Below are positions 54,039 to 64,000 of a DNA stretch of 64,000 bases, piece by piece. The notes beneath the pieces are model-generated. The model saw only the letters and a list, made by a program, of their open reading frames with translations. It was not told the DNA's origin and did no database searches. This DNA comes from Octopus vulgaris (taxonomy: Eukaryota), in contig OX597818.1 in NCBI GenBank assembly GCA_951406725.2, forward strand, positions 21,266,001-21,330,000, in the 5' to 3' direction. The stretch's first letter is position 1; each line of letters opens with the position of its first letter. A program made the position numbers and the translations under genes.

Positions 54039-54491
54039 GTCCCATGGAAGGAAGAATGCTACTGTTATTTAGCTCTAGGAAGCACCATTTCCTGTTGGAC
54101 TTGACACATTTCCTGTGTCCTTGTTTTCAAAGTGGAGTTAAGCATCTCCACCCAGCAAAACCAGCAACAAGAGACTAGTTTCAGAATCATTGCTCATCAT
54201 CAGTCTGGAGTAGCATGGCCTGCTAGCTGTCGATGCCTATCCGCCTTTGTAAACATATATATTTCAAGTGAAATGCATTCATTGATTTTTGAAAATAGAA
54301 ATAATACATTTCTAAATCTCTCAGAGATGACAAGCAATGACTCTGAAACTAGTCTCTGGGTGCTGGCTTTACTGAGTGGAGTTGCTTATCTCCATTTTGA
54401 AAACATAAGGACACAGGAAATGTGCCAAGTCGAACAGGAAATGGTGTTTCCTAGGGCTAAATAACAGTAGCATTCTTCCCTTTCATGGGAC
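54039..54491. mobile_element. Fold-back element with hammerhead cores (second family)
   Basis: Arms of about 170 bp (54039-54207 and 54322-54491); hammerhead motif at the inner end of each arm. Confidence 0.8.
54168..54208 (-). ncRNA. Minimal type-I hammerhead ribozyme motif
   Basis: CCAGA-CTGATGA-tgagcaatgattct-GAAA-CTAG-TC-TCTTG: intact core, palindromic stem III (ACTAGT), GUC cleavage triplet; stem II weak. Confidence 0.7.
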
Positions 54492-55438
54492 TGTCACATT
54501 AAGTTGACAACATGCTATCACTTCATTTTGAAATTGTTTGAAAGCCTGTTGGATGGACTATATCTAATTCTGAGGACCACTCACACTGATTCTCCTTCAG
54601 AATTACATTAGCAGTACACATTTTCAAGTGCAGTAACTTATTCCACATTTTGGTATGAAGAACTATATCTTATAAGGCTGTCTCAAAGATAGAATGCATC
54701 TATAACAAGTAATCACATGGGTTGAATGTAAGTCTATCCTGGAGCATCTACATGTGCAAGCATGCACACATAAACATCACGTCTTTTAGTCAAGAGGGAA
54801 GGTAATGCACATGGCACTTTAGAGGGCCTCTAAGACTGGTTACATGGTGTGAGGAAGGTGTCCTTAAACTGAAGACCTGACCCAAATACTTGCAACAGAG
54901 TGAACTTTGAATTTGAACTCGGAATATAAAGAGACAGAACAAATTCCACTGGGCATCCTGTCCAGTGTTCTTACAGTTTCCACTAACTAACCTAGTTCTA
55001 TTTTATTAACCCCCACCTCCTTGATTGAAAAGTAAAGTGACCTTCATGAGATTTGAACTCAGAACACAGCTGGAACAAATACAATAAGGCATATTTATAT
55101 ATGGTTTCTTTGTTGTAGTTTAATTAATAATGTTAGTGTTTAATCCTTCCTAGAATTAAGATTGAATGAATTTGGTGATATCTAAGGTATGTTTGTTCCC
55201 AGACAAAACTTATTTTAGTGCTGTTGACACTGCCAGATTCAATGGTACTGCCCAGGTGTCAAAACCATAATGATATCTGTGGAGCAGCTGATGATGGCGG
55301 TGTGTTGGATTGTTGGTATGGCTGTTATTGTATGTGTGTTTTATAAGACATCCATTTGATTATATACACACACACACGCACACACACACACACGTATGTG
55401 TGTTTGTTTCGTATATACCTATATAATATACATCTATT

Positions 55439-55740
55439 ATAAAAGCACCATCTGATTGTGGCCATTGCCAGCCTCGCCTGGCCCCCGTGCCAGTGGCACG
55501 TAAAAAAAGCACCATCCGATCATGGTCATTTGCCAGCCTCATCTGGCACCTGTGCTGGTGGCACATAAAAAGCACCCACTACACTCACGGAGTGGTTGGC
55601 GTTAGGAAGGGCATCCAGCCATAGAAGCACTGCCAGATCAGACTGGGCCTGGTGCAGCCTTCTGGTTTCCCAGACCCCAGTTGAACCGTCCAACCCATGC
55701 TAGCATGGAAAGCGGACGCTAAACGATGATAATGATGATA
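55439..55740 (+). mobile_element. RTE 3'-end copy, + orientation
   Basis: Reverse complement of 1655-1900; ends in (GAT)n. Confidence 0.88.
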
Positions 55741-55797
55741 TATGCTGTGATAAAAGTACCTGGTACACTCTTAAAAGTAGTTAACATTAAGAAGGAT

Positions 55798-56638
55798 ATC
55801 ATCATCATTTACCATCTGCTTTCTATGCTGGCATGGGTTAGATAGTTTGACTGAAAACTGGTAAGCTGGAGACCTGCACCAAGTTCCCTATCTGATTTAG
55901 CAAGGTTTCTACAGCTTGATGCCTTTCCTAATGCCAACCACTCCATTAATTTAACATCAGCATCGGCCATAACTACAGTCTCACTTGGTTTGAGAGGTCT
56001 ACGCAAGCATGGTATATCGCCAAAGGTCTTGGTCACCTATCACTGCCTCCATGAGGCCCAACACTCAAAAAGTGCCTTTTACATGCCAGTCACATAGTAC
56101 TGGCATCAGCCACGACTAAGATTTCACTCGGCTCAACAGGTCTTCACAAGCACATAATATTGCCCAACAATTGAAGAGTGCTTTTAACAGGCTGGTTACG
56201 CGACACTGACATTGGCCACGACTACAATCTCATTTTTCAAGCATGGTATATTGCCAAAGGTCTCAGTCAGTTGTCATTGCTTCTGTAAGGCCCAACATTC
56301 GAAGATCATGTTTCACCACCTCGTCCCATGTCTTCCTGGGTCTACCTCTTCTTCAGGTACCCTCTACCGTTAGAGTGCAACACTTCACACAGCTATCCTC
56401 ATCCATACACATCACATAACCATACCAGCACAGTCATCTCTCTTGCACACCTCATCTGATGCTTCTTGTGTCCAACTTTTCTTTCAGGATGTTCCCACTG
56501 TTGTGCATGCACACTGACATTACTAGCTTCATTTCTTACAAGCCTATACATGTCCTCAGCAGTCACAGCTCACGTTTCACTGCTATGTAGTATGGCTGTT
56601 CGCACATGGGCATCATGCAGTCTGCCTTTCACTCTCAA
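55798..56638 (-). mobile_element. RTE 3' fragment (ORF end plus variant 3' UTR with ~120-140 bp internal repeats)
   Basis: Matches the ORF end at 2500-2860; repeated GGCATCGGCCA..ACTAC..TCTCAC blocks at about 55960, 56100 and 56210. Confidence 0.8.
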
Positions 56639-56994
56639 GCTGTATCAAGCTGTAGAAACCATGCCAAAGCAGATATTGGGATTCAGTTCAGTACTCTGGC
56701 TCCGAGTTCCTGTTTAACCATCTAATGTCTGCTCTCATGAAAAAGGAATGTTAAGTTGTGATGGTGATAAACACATATTTACACATACACATTGAAAAGA
56801 GATAGCAGGTTTTGAAATATCTGCTTTCAATGGCTTTGACTCACAATAATTTCCAACATCCTTCATACACACCATTCACTACATATGTTTGTATCTATTC
56901 TGTGTCAGATTTCAATGAAAGGTGGTGGTGGTAAATTAAAAGTGCAAAAAGATTGAAACTGAGAAATGAAATGGTGTCTGTTCTAATATTTCAG

Positions 56995-57071
56995 ATTAGT
57001 GAAAGAACTAGCCTTGCACACTGTGATACAAATAACCTGTGGAGCTTACCACTGTATAGCCCTCACTGACA
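56995..57071 (+). CDS. HERC4: HERC4-like coding exon 3
   Basis: tttcag acceptor; LVKELALHTVIQITCGAYHCIALTD; donor GTAAGT at 57072; 77 nt, phase 2 to 1. Absent from the ORF track. Confidence 0.88.
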
Positions 57072-58390
57072 GTAAGTAACTCTTTACAGTCTCTTCTCTT
57101 TTTTTAAAATCTTTGTATTAACAGCCAAGCAGTCTGGTGAATCCATAATCTCTTTTTGTAGCACATGTAGAATTTGAATTCAGCAATGCAAAACTAATTT
57201 GCTGGCCACTTGTAAAGTGTTATTCTTTTACTTATTTCAGTCATTTGACTGTGGCCATGCTGGAGCATCACCTTAAAGGGATTTTATAATCGAAGAATTC
57301 GACCCCAGGACTTATTCTTTGTAAGCTTAGTACTTATTCTATCGGTCTCTTTTGCCAAACCACTAAATTACAGGGATGTAAGCGAAGGTAGGGGGACAAA
57401 TATAGACACAAAGACACACACATAAATATATACATACACGACAGGCTTCTTTAAGTTTCCATCTACCAAATCCACTTGCAAGGCTTTGTTCAGCCCAAGG
57501 TGCCATATAGTGGGATTTGAACCCAGAACCATGTGGTTGGAAAGCAAGCTTCTTACCATACAGCCACACCTGTTCTTGCTCATTCTTCTGATTTTTACAT
57601 CCATTTATTTTTTTCCTCTTCAGTTCTCATGTTTCTTCATCATCTGCTAGAAAAAAACAGGCATGTCAAGCTTTATTTTGTGGGCAGTGGGTATCACAAC
57701 CTTACAATAATCAGTTTCTTTATAGTGTGTAGCCCTAGAGAGGTCAGCAGTAGATATAAAGAACCTGCTCTACTTTTGCCCTCATTGCTTCCTGCAAAAG
57801 TTACGTCATACTCTGTTTGTTCTGTTTTCAGCAGGTATTTTGTGGATCGATGCATTTCTGTCACCAACCACTTTTAGACCATGGACTGGATATATTTTAT
57901 CATCTCATGGCACTAGAAACTGTCACTGGCCTAGTTTGAGTGACATTAAGTAGTGACCTTTGGAGAAAGGAAAAAAATGAAAAAAAGAATTATCTCTGTC
58001 ACCATTGTTAACTCTTGTATCAGTCTAAACTTGGTACCCTTTCCTCTTATTCAGGAAGTTCCAGTAATTCTTATCTCAGAGTTTCACCCTATCCTGTCAC
58101 CATTGTAAGCATACAATGAGCATTTAAAAATAATGCTAACTCATATCTCTGACTAACTCACTGATAAGAATTTTATTTTATTACTGCTGTCGATTAATGC
58201 AAGTGGGTGACACTTTTCTATTAGCTTTGTAGGATAGGATGTGAACCATAAAATATTTGGATCTTTGGTCAGTTTTCCAACACTGTTGATTCAGTTAACA
58301 GCAACTCGTATATCCCTACCACAATAGAAATTAGATGAAAACTGCGGATGAGGAAAATCTAAAACTCTGTGTGTAAGGGTAAACTTGTAT

Positions 58391-58894
58391 GATACAGTTC
58401 TGTACTTAAGAGATGAGGAATTATGTACATTATTTACATTTGATGGATATTTATCCTCATCTTGTTTGTTGTTAACACAACACTTTGGCTGATATACCCT
58501 CCAGCTTTCATCAGGTGTCTTGGGAAAATTTTGAACCTGGGTTCACATTCCTAAGGTATTTTTCGATATTATTATTATTCGGGTCACTGCTTGGAATCGA
58601 ACTTGGAATCTTGGGGTTAGTAGCCCACGCTCTTAACCACTACGCCATATGCTAGTGGGCATATGACGTTGTGGTTAAGAGCGCGGGCTACTAACCCCAA
58701 GATTCCAAGTTCGATTCCAAGCAGTGACCTGAATAATAATAATAATAACAATAACATCGAAAATTACCTTAGGAATGAGAACCCAGGTTCAAAATTTCCC
58801 CAAGATACCTGATGAAGGCTGGAGGGTATATCAGCCAAAACATTGTGTTAACAACAAAGATGAGGGCAAATATCCATCAAATGTAAATAATGTA
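58391..58894. mobile_element. Palindromic tRNA-head plus hammerhead element (putative non-autonomous Penelope-like)
   Basis: Arms 58426-58652 and 58659-58894; A/B boxes on both strands; CTGATGA-stem II-(G)AAA core in both arms; unpaired tail at 58391-58425. Confidence 0.8.
58804..58849 (+). ncRNA. Decayed minimal type-I hammerhead motif
   Basis: GATAC-CTGATGA-A-GGCTG-gagggtatat-CAGCC-AAAA-CATT-GTGTT. Four-copy consensus inferred as ...CAGCC-GAAA-CGTT-GTGTT; differences here are CpG transitions. Confidence 0.65.
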
Positions 58895-59392
58895 AACAAG
58901 CTTGTATAAGTTGTCAACGTCTAATAGTAGAGACAAGGTGAAAAAATTTTACAAAACTATTTCTGCTAGCCACAGAGATTTTCTGTCTGGGCAAATGACT
59001 GATTATATGATTGTGGGCCAGCTGTGTTAACTATAGAGAATATGCAAAAGTTGAATAGAATTGAAGCAAACATGCTTCATTAGATATATAATTCCAGTGT
59101 TTACAAACAGTTGAAGACATGTGATCAGAGAGAAAAAAAGAGCATTAGAGGACTTAACTATTGTGCTCAAGTTCAAAAGAGAAAACCACTATTACAAACA
59201 TGTGATGCATATGAAATACTAGGTTGGACACCAAACAGACAAACTAAGTAAATAAATGGTGAAGTTACCTATAGCTATGAGTTTGTTATGTTAAAGTAGA
59301 CACACTTGGGAAGTGATGGCCTTTTGCCTATAGTTATAAAACACTCATAATTATGCTCTACAACTAGGTGGTTCAGGACAGAGGATAGAAAA

Positions 59393-59617
59393 TAGTTCTA
59401 TATTTAAGGGATGAGGAATTATGTATATTATTTACATTTGACAGATATTTGTCCTCATCTTGTTTGTTGTTAACACATTTCAGCTGATATACCTTCCAGC
59501 CTTCATCAGGTGTCTTGGAGAAATTTTGAAACTGATGAAGGCTGGAGGGTATATCAGCTGAAACGTGTTAACAACAAACAAGATGAGGACAAATATCCAT
59601 CAAATGTAAATAATGTA
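59393..59617. mobile_element. Second copy of the same family lacking the tRNA heads, with 13-bp TSD
   Basis: TSD AGAGGATAGAAAA at 59380-59392 and 59618-59630; same tail and same right terminus (AATGTAAATAATGTA). Confidence 0.85.
59532..59572 (+). ncRNA. Hammerhead core in copy 2
   Basis: CTGATGA-A-GGCTG-gagggtatat-CAGCT-GAAAC-GTGTT; core intact but stem I 5' strand and cleavage triplet altered. Confidence 0.6.
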
Positions 59618-59813
59618 AGAGGATAGAAAAGCCCATGTTTTCAAATTTGATATTACCATTTTGGAATTTGTTTACATACACTCACACTCAGCCCTAATGT
59701 ATTTTTCATCTCGTGTAGGGGAACATTTCTTAAGAAATGGACCAGATTTAATTCTCTTGTCTATGTGATTCACCTTCTTTTACCTTTGACTCAACATTCC
59801 TTTGCTAAATTAA

Positions 59814-60033
59814 CCCTCTAGCATTCAAACCAGCCATGCCTGGCCCAAATGTTCTACCAGTTTTATGTTCAAACTAGCCAGATCCAGCCTCTCGCACCTT
59901 TCCTACCATGTCATTCTAAAAATAAACTATCACATCATTGAAATCTTGAAGTTACAATACAATGCATGATTAATTTATAGCTATGTGAACAAATAAGCAT
60001 TACATTTATTAGAATAATCTAAATGCCAAAGGT
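59814..60033. mobile_element. piggyBac-like TTAA MITE
   Basis: TTAA-CCCTCTAGCATT...AATGCCAAAGGT-TTAA; inverted sister copy at 26587-26808 (also TTAA-flanked) and a partial copy at about 28830-29020. Confidence 0.75.
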
Positions 60034-60663
60034 TTAAACTTGGTTGAATTTTTCCTCCTACTCCAATTGTTGTCCATTATTCAACTTTTGACCCTACCTT
60101 TTGCACCACTTGGTGTGTGACAAAAATTAGTTTAGCTTCTTTTTTCTTAAGTTTTGAACTGCAACTACTATCTGATACTGTTTTGAACTACAACTACTAT
60201 CTGATACTGCCCTGTGTAGTGTCAAATAAAAGAGCACCAATTTAATATTGCTTTTAAATAAGTTTTAATCAAAGACTAATCATATATGGACATTATAACT
60301 CTGACTTGAAACAAGAGAAACAGCCGACAATACTAAAACCACGTGTTGTTTGTGAAGTGACTACTTTATCGAGTGAAGAATTTTCTACTAAAAGTGCTAA
60401 AATCACTTTTCATTTGACTTAAACATTTTTACAAGAGTCTGTAAAATATATTACAGCATGCTTGTTATTCAATATCAAGTTAGGTGCTATATTGAGCTTT
60501 TGCCAGTTTAACTGTAGTATTTATCCCTGCAAGGACTATAGTTAGTTTGCTTAAAATGACTAATAATACAATTTACATTAAATTCTTACCAGTTAATTAA
60601 CAACTAACATATTAAAATACATGATTTAAAGTTTCTTTTGTTTTATTTCTCTTTTCTGTAAAG

Positions 60664-60853
60664 TTGGAGATGTTTGGTGTTGGGGAGCCAATAATCACGG
60701 ACAACTAGGCGTGGGAATGAACTCGGAACAATGTGATAGACCGCGGCATTTAATATGTCTACGTGGAATACCTGTGGCTCAAATCGCTGCAGGTGATTAC
60801 CATAGTTTTATTATGTCAAAATCAGGAGCAATCTTTGGGTGGGGAAGAAACAG
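60664..60853 (+). CDS. HERC4: HERC4-like coding exon 4
   Basis: Long pyrimidine tract plus AAG acceptor; IGDVWCWGANNHGQLGVG...LRGIPVAQIAAGDYHSFIMSKSGAIFGWGRN (SGAIFGWGRN matches HERC4 from recall); donor GTGAGT at 60854; 190 nt, phase 1 to 2. Confidence 0.9.
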
Positions 60854-61073
60854 GTGAGTTATGCTGCTAGTGTTTTATTTTTCTAGCCCATTTGTATTCA
60901 TGATTTTTCAAAAAAAGTTTATTTTATTTTCTGTAGCAGTTTTTGACTAAAGAAAACTAATACACAATGTACTTACACAAATATGTGCACAAAACCATTA
61001 CAACTGTTAGACACACACACATAGTCTATGATCTTTTTTTTTTAATTATTTGTAATCCCACATATATAATACG

Positions 61074-61362
61074 TGGCCGATGCCAGCGCCGCCTCGACTG
61101 GCTTCCGTGCCGGTGGCACATAAAATACACCAATCTGACCGTGGCAGTTGCCAGCCTCGCATGGCACCTGTACAGGTGGCACGTAAAAAGCACCCACTAC
61201 ACTCACGGAGTGGTTGGCGTTAGGAAGGGCATCCAGCTGTAGAAACATTGCCAGATAAGACTGGAGCCTGGTGCAGCCTTCTGGCTTCCCAGATCCCCGG
61301 TCGAACCGTCCAACCCATGCTAGCATGGAGAATGGACGTTAAACGATGATGATGATGATGAT
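61074..61362 (+). mobile_element. RTE 3'-end copy, + orientation
   Basis: Near-identical to 55439-55740; (GAT)n tail. Confidence 0.88.
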
Positions 61363-61460
61363 AACTAAGATTGTATCCTAAAGTGTAGCCTTTTCCTCCA
61401 GAACTAGAAAGTACTTCAGCTTTGATTAGTTGCTGATCCCCTACATACTGCTCACATATA

Positions 61461-61675
61461 CAAGGGTGTACTGAAAAGTTCCTGATTTTGGGTAAAAGAA
61501 AATACAGGAGAATCAGTTAATTATGGTTCTATTCAACATATTCTCTTCTCAGATCCACGATTATTGTAGTGATCCTTCAGTTTTTCTAAGCCCTGTAAAA
61601 TAACTCAGACAGTTGGGCCTCTAACCAGGCTTTTTGTGATACCCTTAAAGCCAGGAACTTATCAGCACCCTCTCA
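61461..61675. mobile_element. Mariner-type MITE
   Basis: TA-flanked TIRs CAAGGGTGTACTGAAAAGTTCCTG and CCAGGAACTTATCAGCACCCTCTCA. Confidence 0.75.
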
Positions 61676-61676
61676 T

Positions 61677-63637
61677 ATCATCATCATCATCATTTAATGT
61701 CCACTTTCCATGCTGGCATGGGTTGGATGGTTTGACTGAGGACTGGCATGCTGGAAAGCTGCATCAGGCTCCAATCTGATTTGGCATGGTTTCTACAGCT
61801 GGATGCTCTTCCTAACACCAACCACTCTGAGAGTGTAGTGGGTACTTTTTACATGCCACCGGCACAGGAACCAATCAGTACTGGCATTGGTCACGCTCAA
61901 ATGGTGATTTTTATGTGCTACCAGCAAGCAGTACTGGCATCAGCAATGCTTGAATGGTGCTTTTTACATGCCACCTGCACAGGTGCCAGTCAGGTGGCAC
62001 TGGCATTGGCCATGGCTACAATTTCCCTCGGTTCAACAGGCCTTCACAGGCACAACATATTGCCAAACAATTGAAAGGTGCTTTTAAATGGCCAGTTATG
62101 CAACCCCGGCATCGGCCATAACTACGAGGTCACTTGGCTTGCCAGGTCTTCTCAAGCACAGCATATCTCCAAAAGTCTCGGTTGCTTGTCATTCCCTCTA
62201 TGAGGCCTCATCCCATGTTTTCCTGGGTCTACCTCTTCCACAGGTTCCCTCCACTGTTAGGGTATGACACTTCACACAGCTGTCCTCACCCATACACAAC
62301 ACATGACCATACCAGCACAGTCGTCTCCCCTGCACACCACATCTGATGCTTATCAACAACTTTTCTTTCAGTGTGCTTACACTCGGTCATGTATGCACAC
62401 TGACATTACACATCCAGCAGAGTATACTAGCTTCATTTCTTTCAAGACTATGCATATCCTCAGCAGTCACAGCCCATGTTTCACTCCCGTATAGCATGGC
62501 AGTTCGCACACCTTTCACTCTCAGTGAGAGGCCCTTTGTTACCAACAAAGGTAGCAGCTCTCTGAACTTTGCCCTGGCTATTCTTATTCTAGCAGCTACA
62601 CTTACAGAGCATCCACTCCCTGCTACTGACTTGGTCACTTAGGTAACGGAAGCTATCAATTACTTCTAGTTTTTCCTCTTGGCATGTGATGGAATCTGTT
62701 TTCTGTACATCTTCGGTGTTTATTGCATCTGTGCATCTGCCACACACAAAACCTATCTTCCCAGATATTCCTTTGATATTGCTGCACCTCTTATGTGTTC
62801 ATAGCTTACACCAGGTACATCTTATAGAGTTTCTATCTATGCTTTTTCTTCAAATTGGGCCATCTACCTGAAGGATTTGTGATTTGTCCGCCTCCCTACT
62901 TACTAAGACTTTGGTTTTTGCTAGGTTAACTCTAAGGCCCTTCGATTCTAGACCTTACTTCCACATTTGAAGCTTTTTCTCTAGGTCTGGTAGTGATTCA
63001 GCTAGTAGAGCAAGATCATCAGCATAGAAAAGCTCCCAGGGGTAACCTCTCTTGAATTCCTCTGTTATTGCCTGGAGGATTATGATGAACAAGAAGGAGC
63101 TGAGGACTGATCCCTGGTGAACCCCTAGTTCTACCCAAAATTCTTTCCTATACTCGTTGCCAACCCTCACCTTACTGACAGCATCCCTGCACATGGCTTG
63201 TACAGCTCTCACCAACCTATCTCTAGTTTCCACATTGACCACCAAATAAGGGATCGCGGGACCCTGTCAAAGGCTTTCTCCATGTCAATGGAAGCCAAGT
63301 ACAGAGGTTTATCTTTAGCCAAGAATTTCTCCTGCAGCTGTCTTACCAGAAATATAGCATCAGTGGTGCTTTTCCCTGGTACAAACCCAAACTACATCTC
63401 ATCTAAACTAACTCTCTCGTTTCATCACCTGATCTAACAATTTAATATCTCTGTAATTATTTCTATCTAATATGTCACCTTTACCTTTGTAGCAGTTGAC
63501 TATGGTGCTGCTACACCACTCATTGGGTATGGCTCCTTCGTGTATCACCTGATTAACTATATGGGTGACTAGACTATAGCCTACAATGCCATATATTTTA
63601 AGCATCTCAGCAGTGATTCCTGATGGGCTGGGAGCAT
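61677..63637 (-). mobile_element. Degenerate 5'-truncated RTE LINE (same family as 1652-4050)
   Basis: Colinear with the first copy; fragments GVHQGSVLSSFLF, FYADD and LYGSETW broken by frameshifts; same 3' tail. Confidence 0.9.
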
Positions 63638-63956
63638 ATATGGGATAGTATTACAGTTACACTTACAAATATCTTAAACTACATCCAAATGAAGGCCATT
63701 CATCTGAGTGGTAAAACTTCACTTACCAACTGATTTAACTACAGGCTCACAGATATACTGTTTCTTCCATTTGCATTTCACTCTTCAACTACAAAGGCCT
63801 TTGCTCCTCTGAACCTCTTAGTTGCACAATAGCTTTACTCAAGCCCCCTCAACATATCCATCACTCTTTTGTTTATTATCTCTCCTAGACTACTTAAATA
63901 CAATTGACAGTTATTAACTTTATTTTTCATTGTCCTTTTTTCTTTTTGCTTTTCAG

Positions 63957-63988
63957 TTTTGGACAGTTGGGTTTGAATGATGAAATTG
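63957..63988 (+). CDS. HERC4: HERC4-like coding exon 5 (32-nt mini-exon); gene continues past the window
   Basis: tttcag acceptor; (S)FGQLGLNDEI; donor GTAAGT at 63989; completes the GRNxFGQLGLNDE motif. Confidence 0.85.
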
Positions 63989-64000
63989 GTAAGTTATTTT

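Noticed and set aside
58582-58730. Bona fide tRNA genes (apparent ACT anticodon)
   Set aside because: Acceptor and T stems do not pair properly and the sequence is part of a repeated palindromic element; treated as tRNA-derived heads.
60152-60209. 29-bp tandem duplication (also a ~70-bp duplication at 25310-25455)
   Set aside because: Ordinary local slippage with no further structure.

Overview
AT-rich, repeat-dense eukaryotic genomic DNA. The repeat families (tRNA-derived SINEs with internal (TA)/(TG) tracts, RTE LINE with (GAT)n tail) suggest an Octopus/coleoid cephalopod genome; this is an inference. One host gene is visible on the + strand: five coding exons (32454-32694, 48735-48900, 56995-57071, 60664-60853, 63957-63988) splice in frame into the N-terminal RCC1-like domain of a small HERC E3 ligase (HERC4-like), which continues beyond the window. 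A probable CpG-rich promoter and non-coding first exon lie near 6.7-7.4 kb. The rest is mostly transposon material: a young 5'-truncated RTE LINE with an open RT+PHD-like ORF and a hairpin minisatellite in its 3' UTR, many RTE tails and SINEs, DD37D (maT) and mariner relics, a decayed CxxH-type DDE transposase, and hAT-, piggyBac- and mariner-type MITEs. The most interesting signal is a set of asymmetric fold-back elements carrying minimal type-I hammerhead ribozyme cores like those of Penelope-like elements. One (58391-58894) has two back-to-back tRNA-like Pol III heads, and a sister copy has a perfect 13-bp TSD. This looks like a tRNA-promoter plus hammerhead, Penelope-dependent non-autonomous retroelement system. 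Most short ORFs in the supplied track are microsatellite or repeat artefacts.
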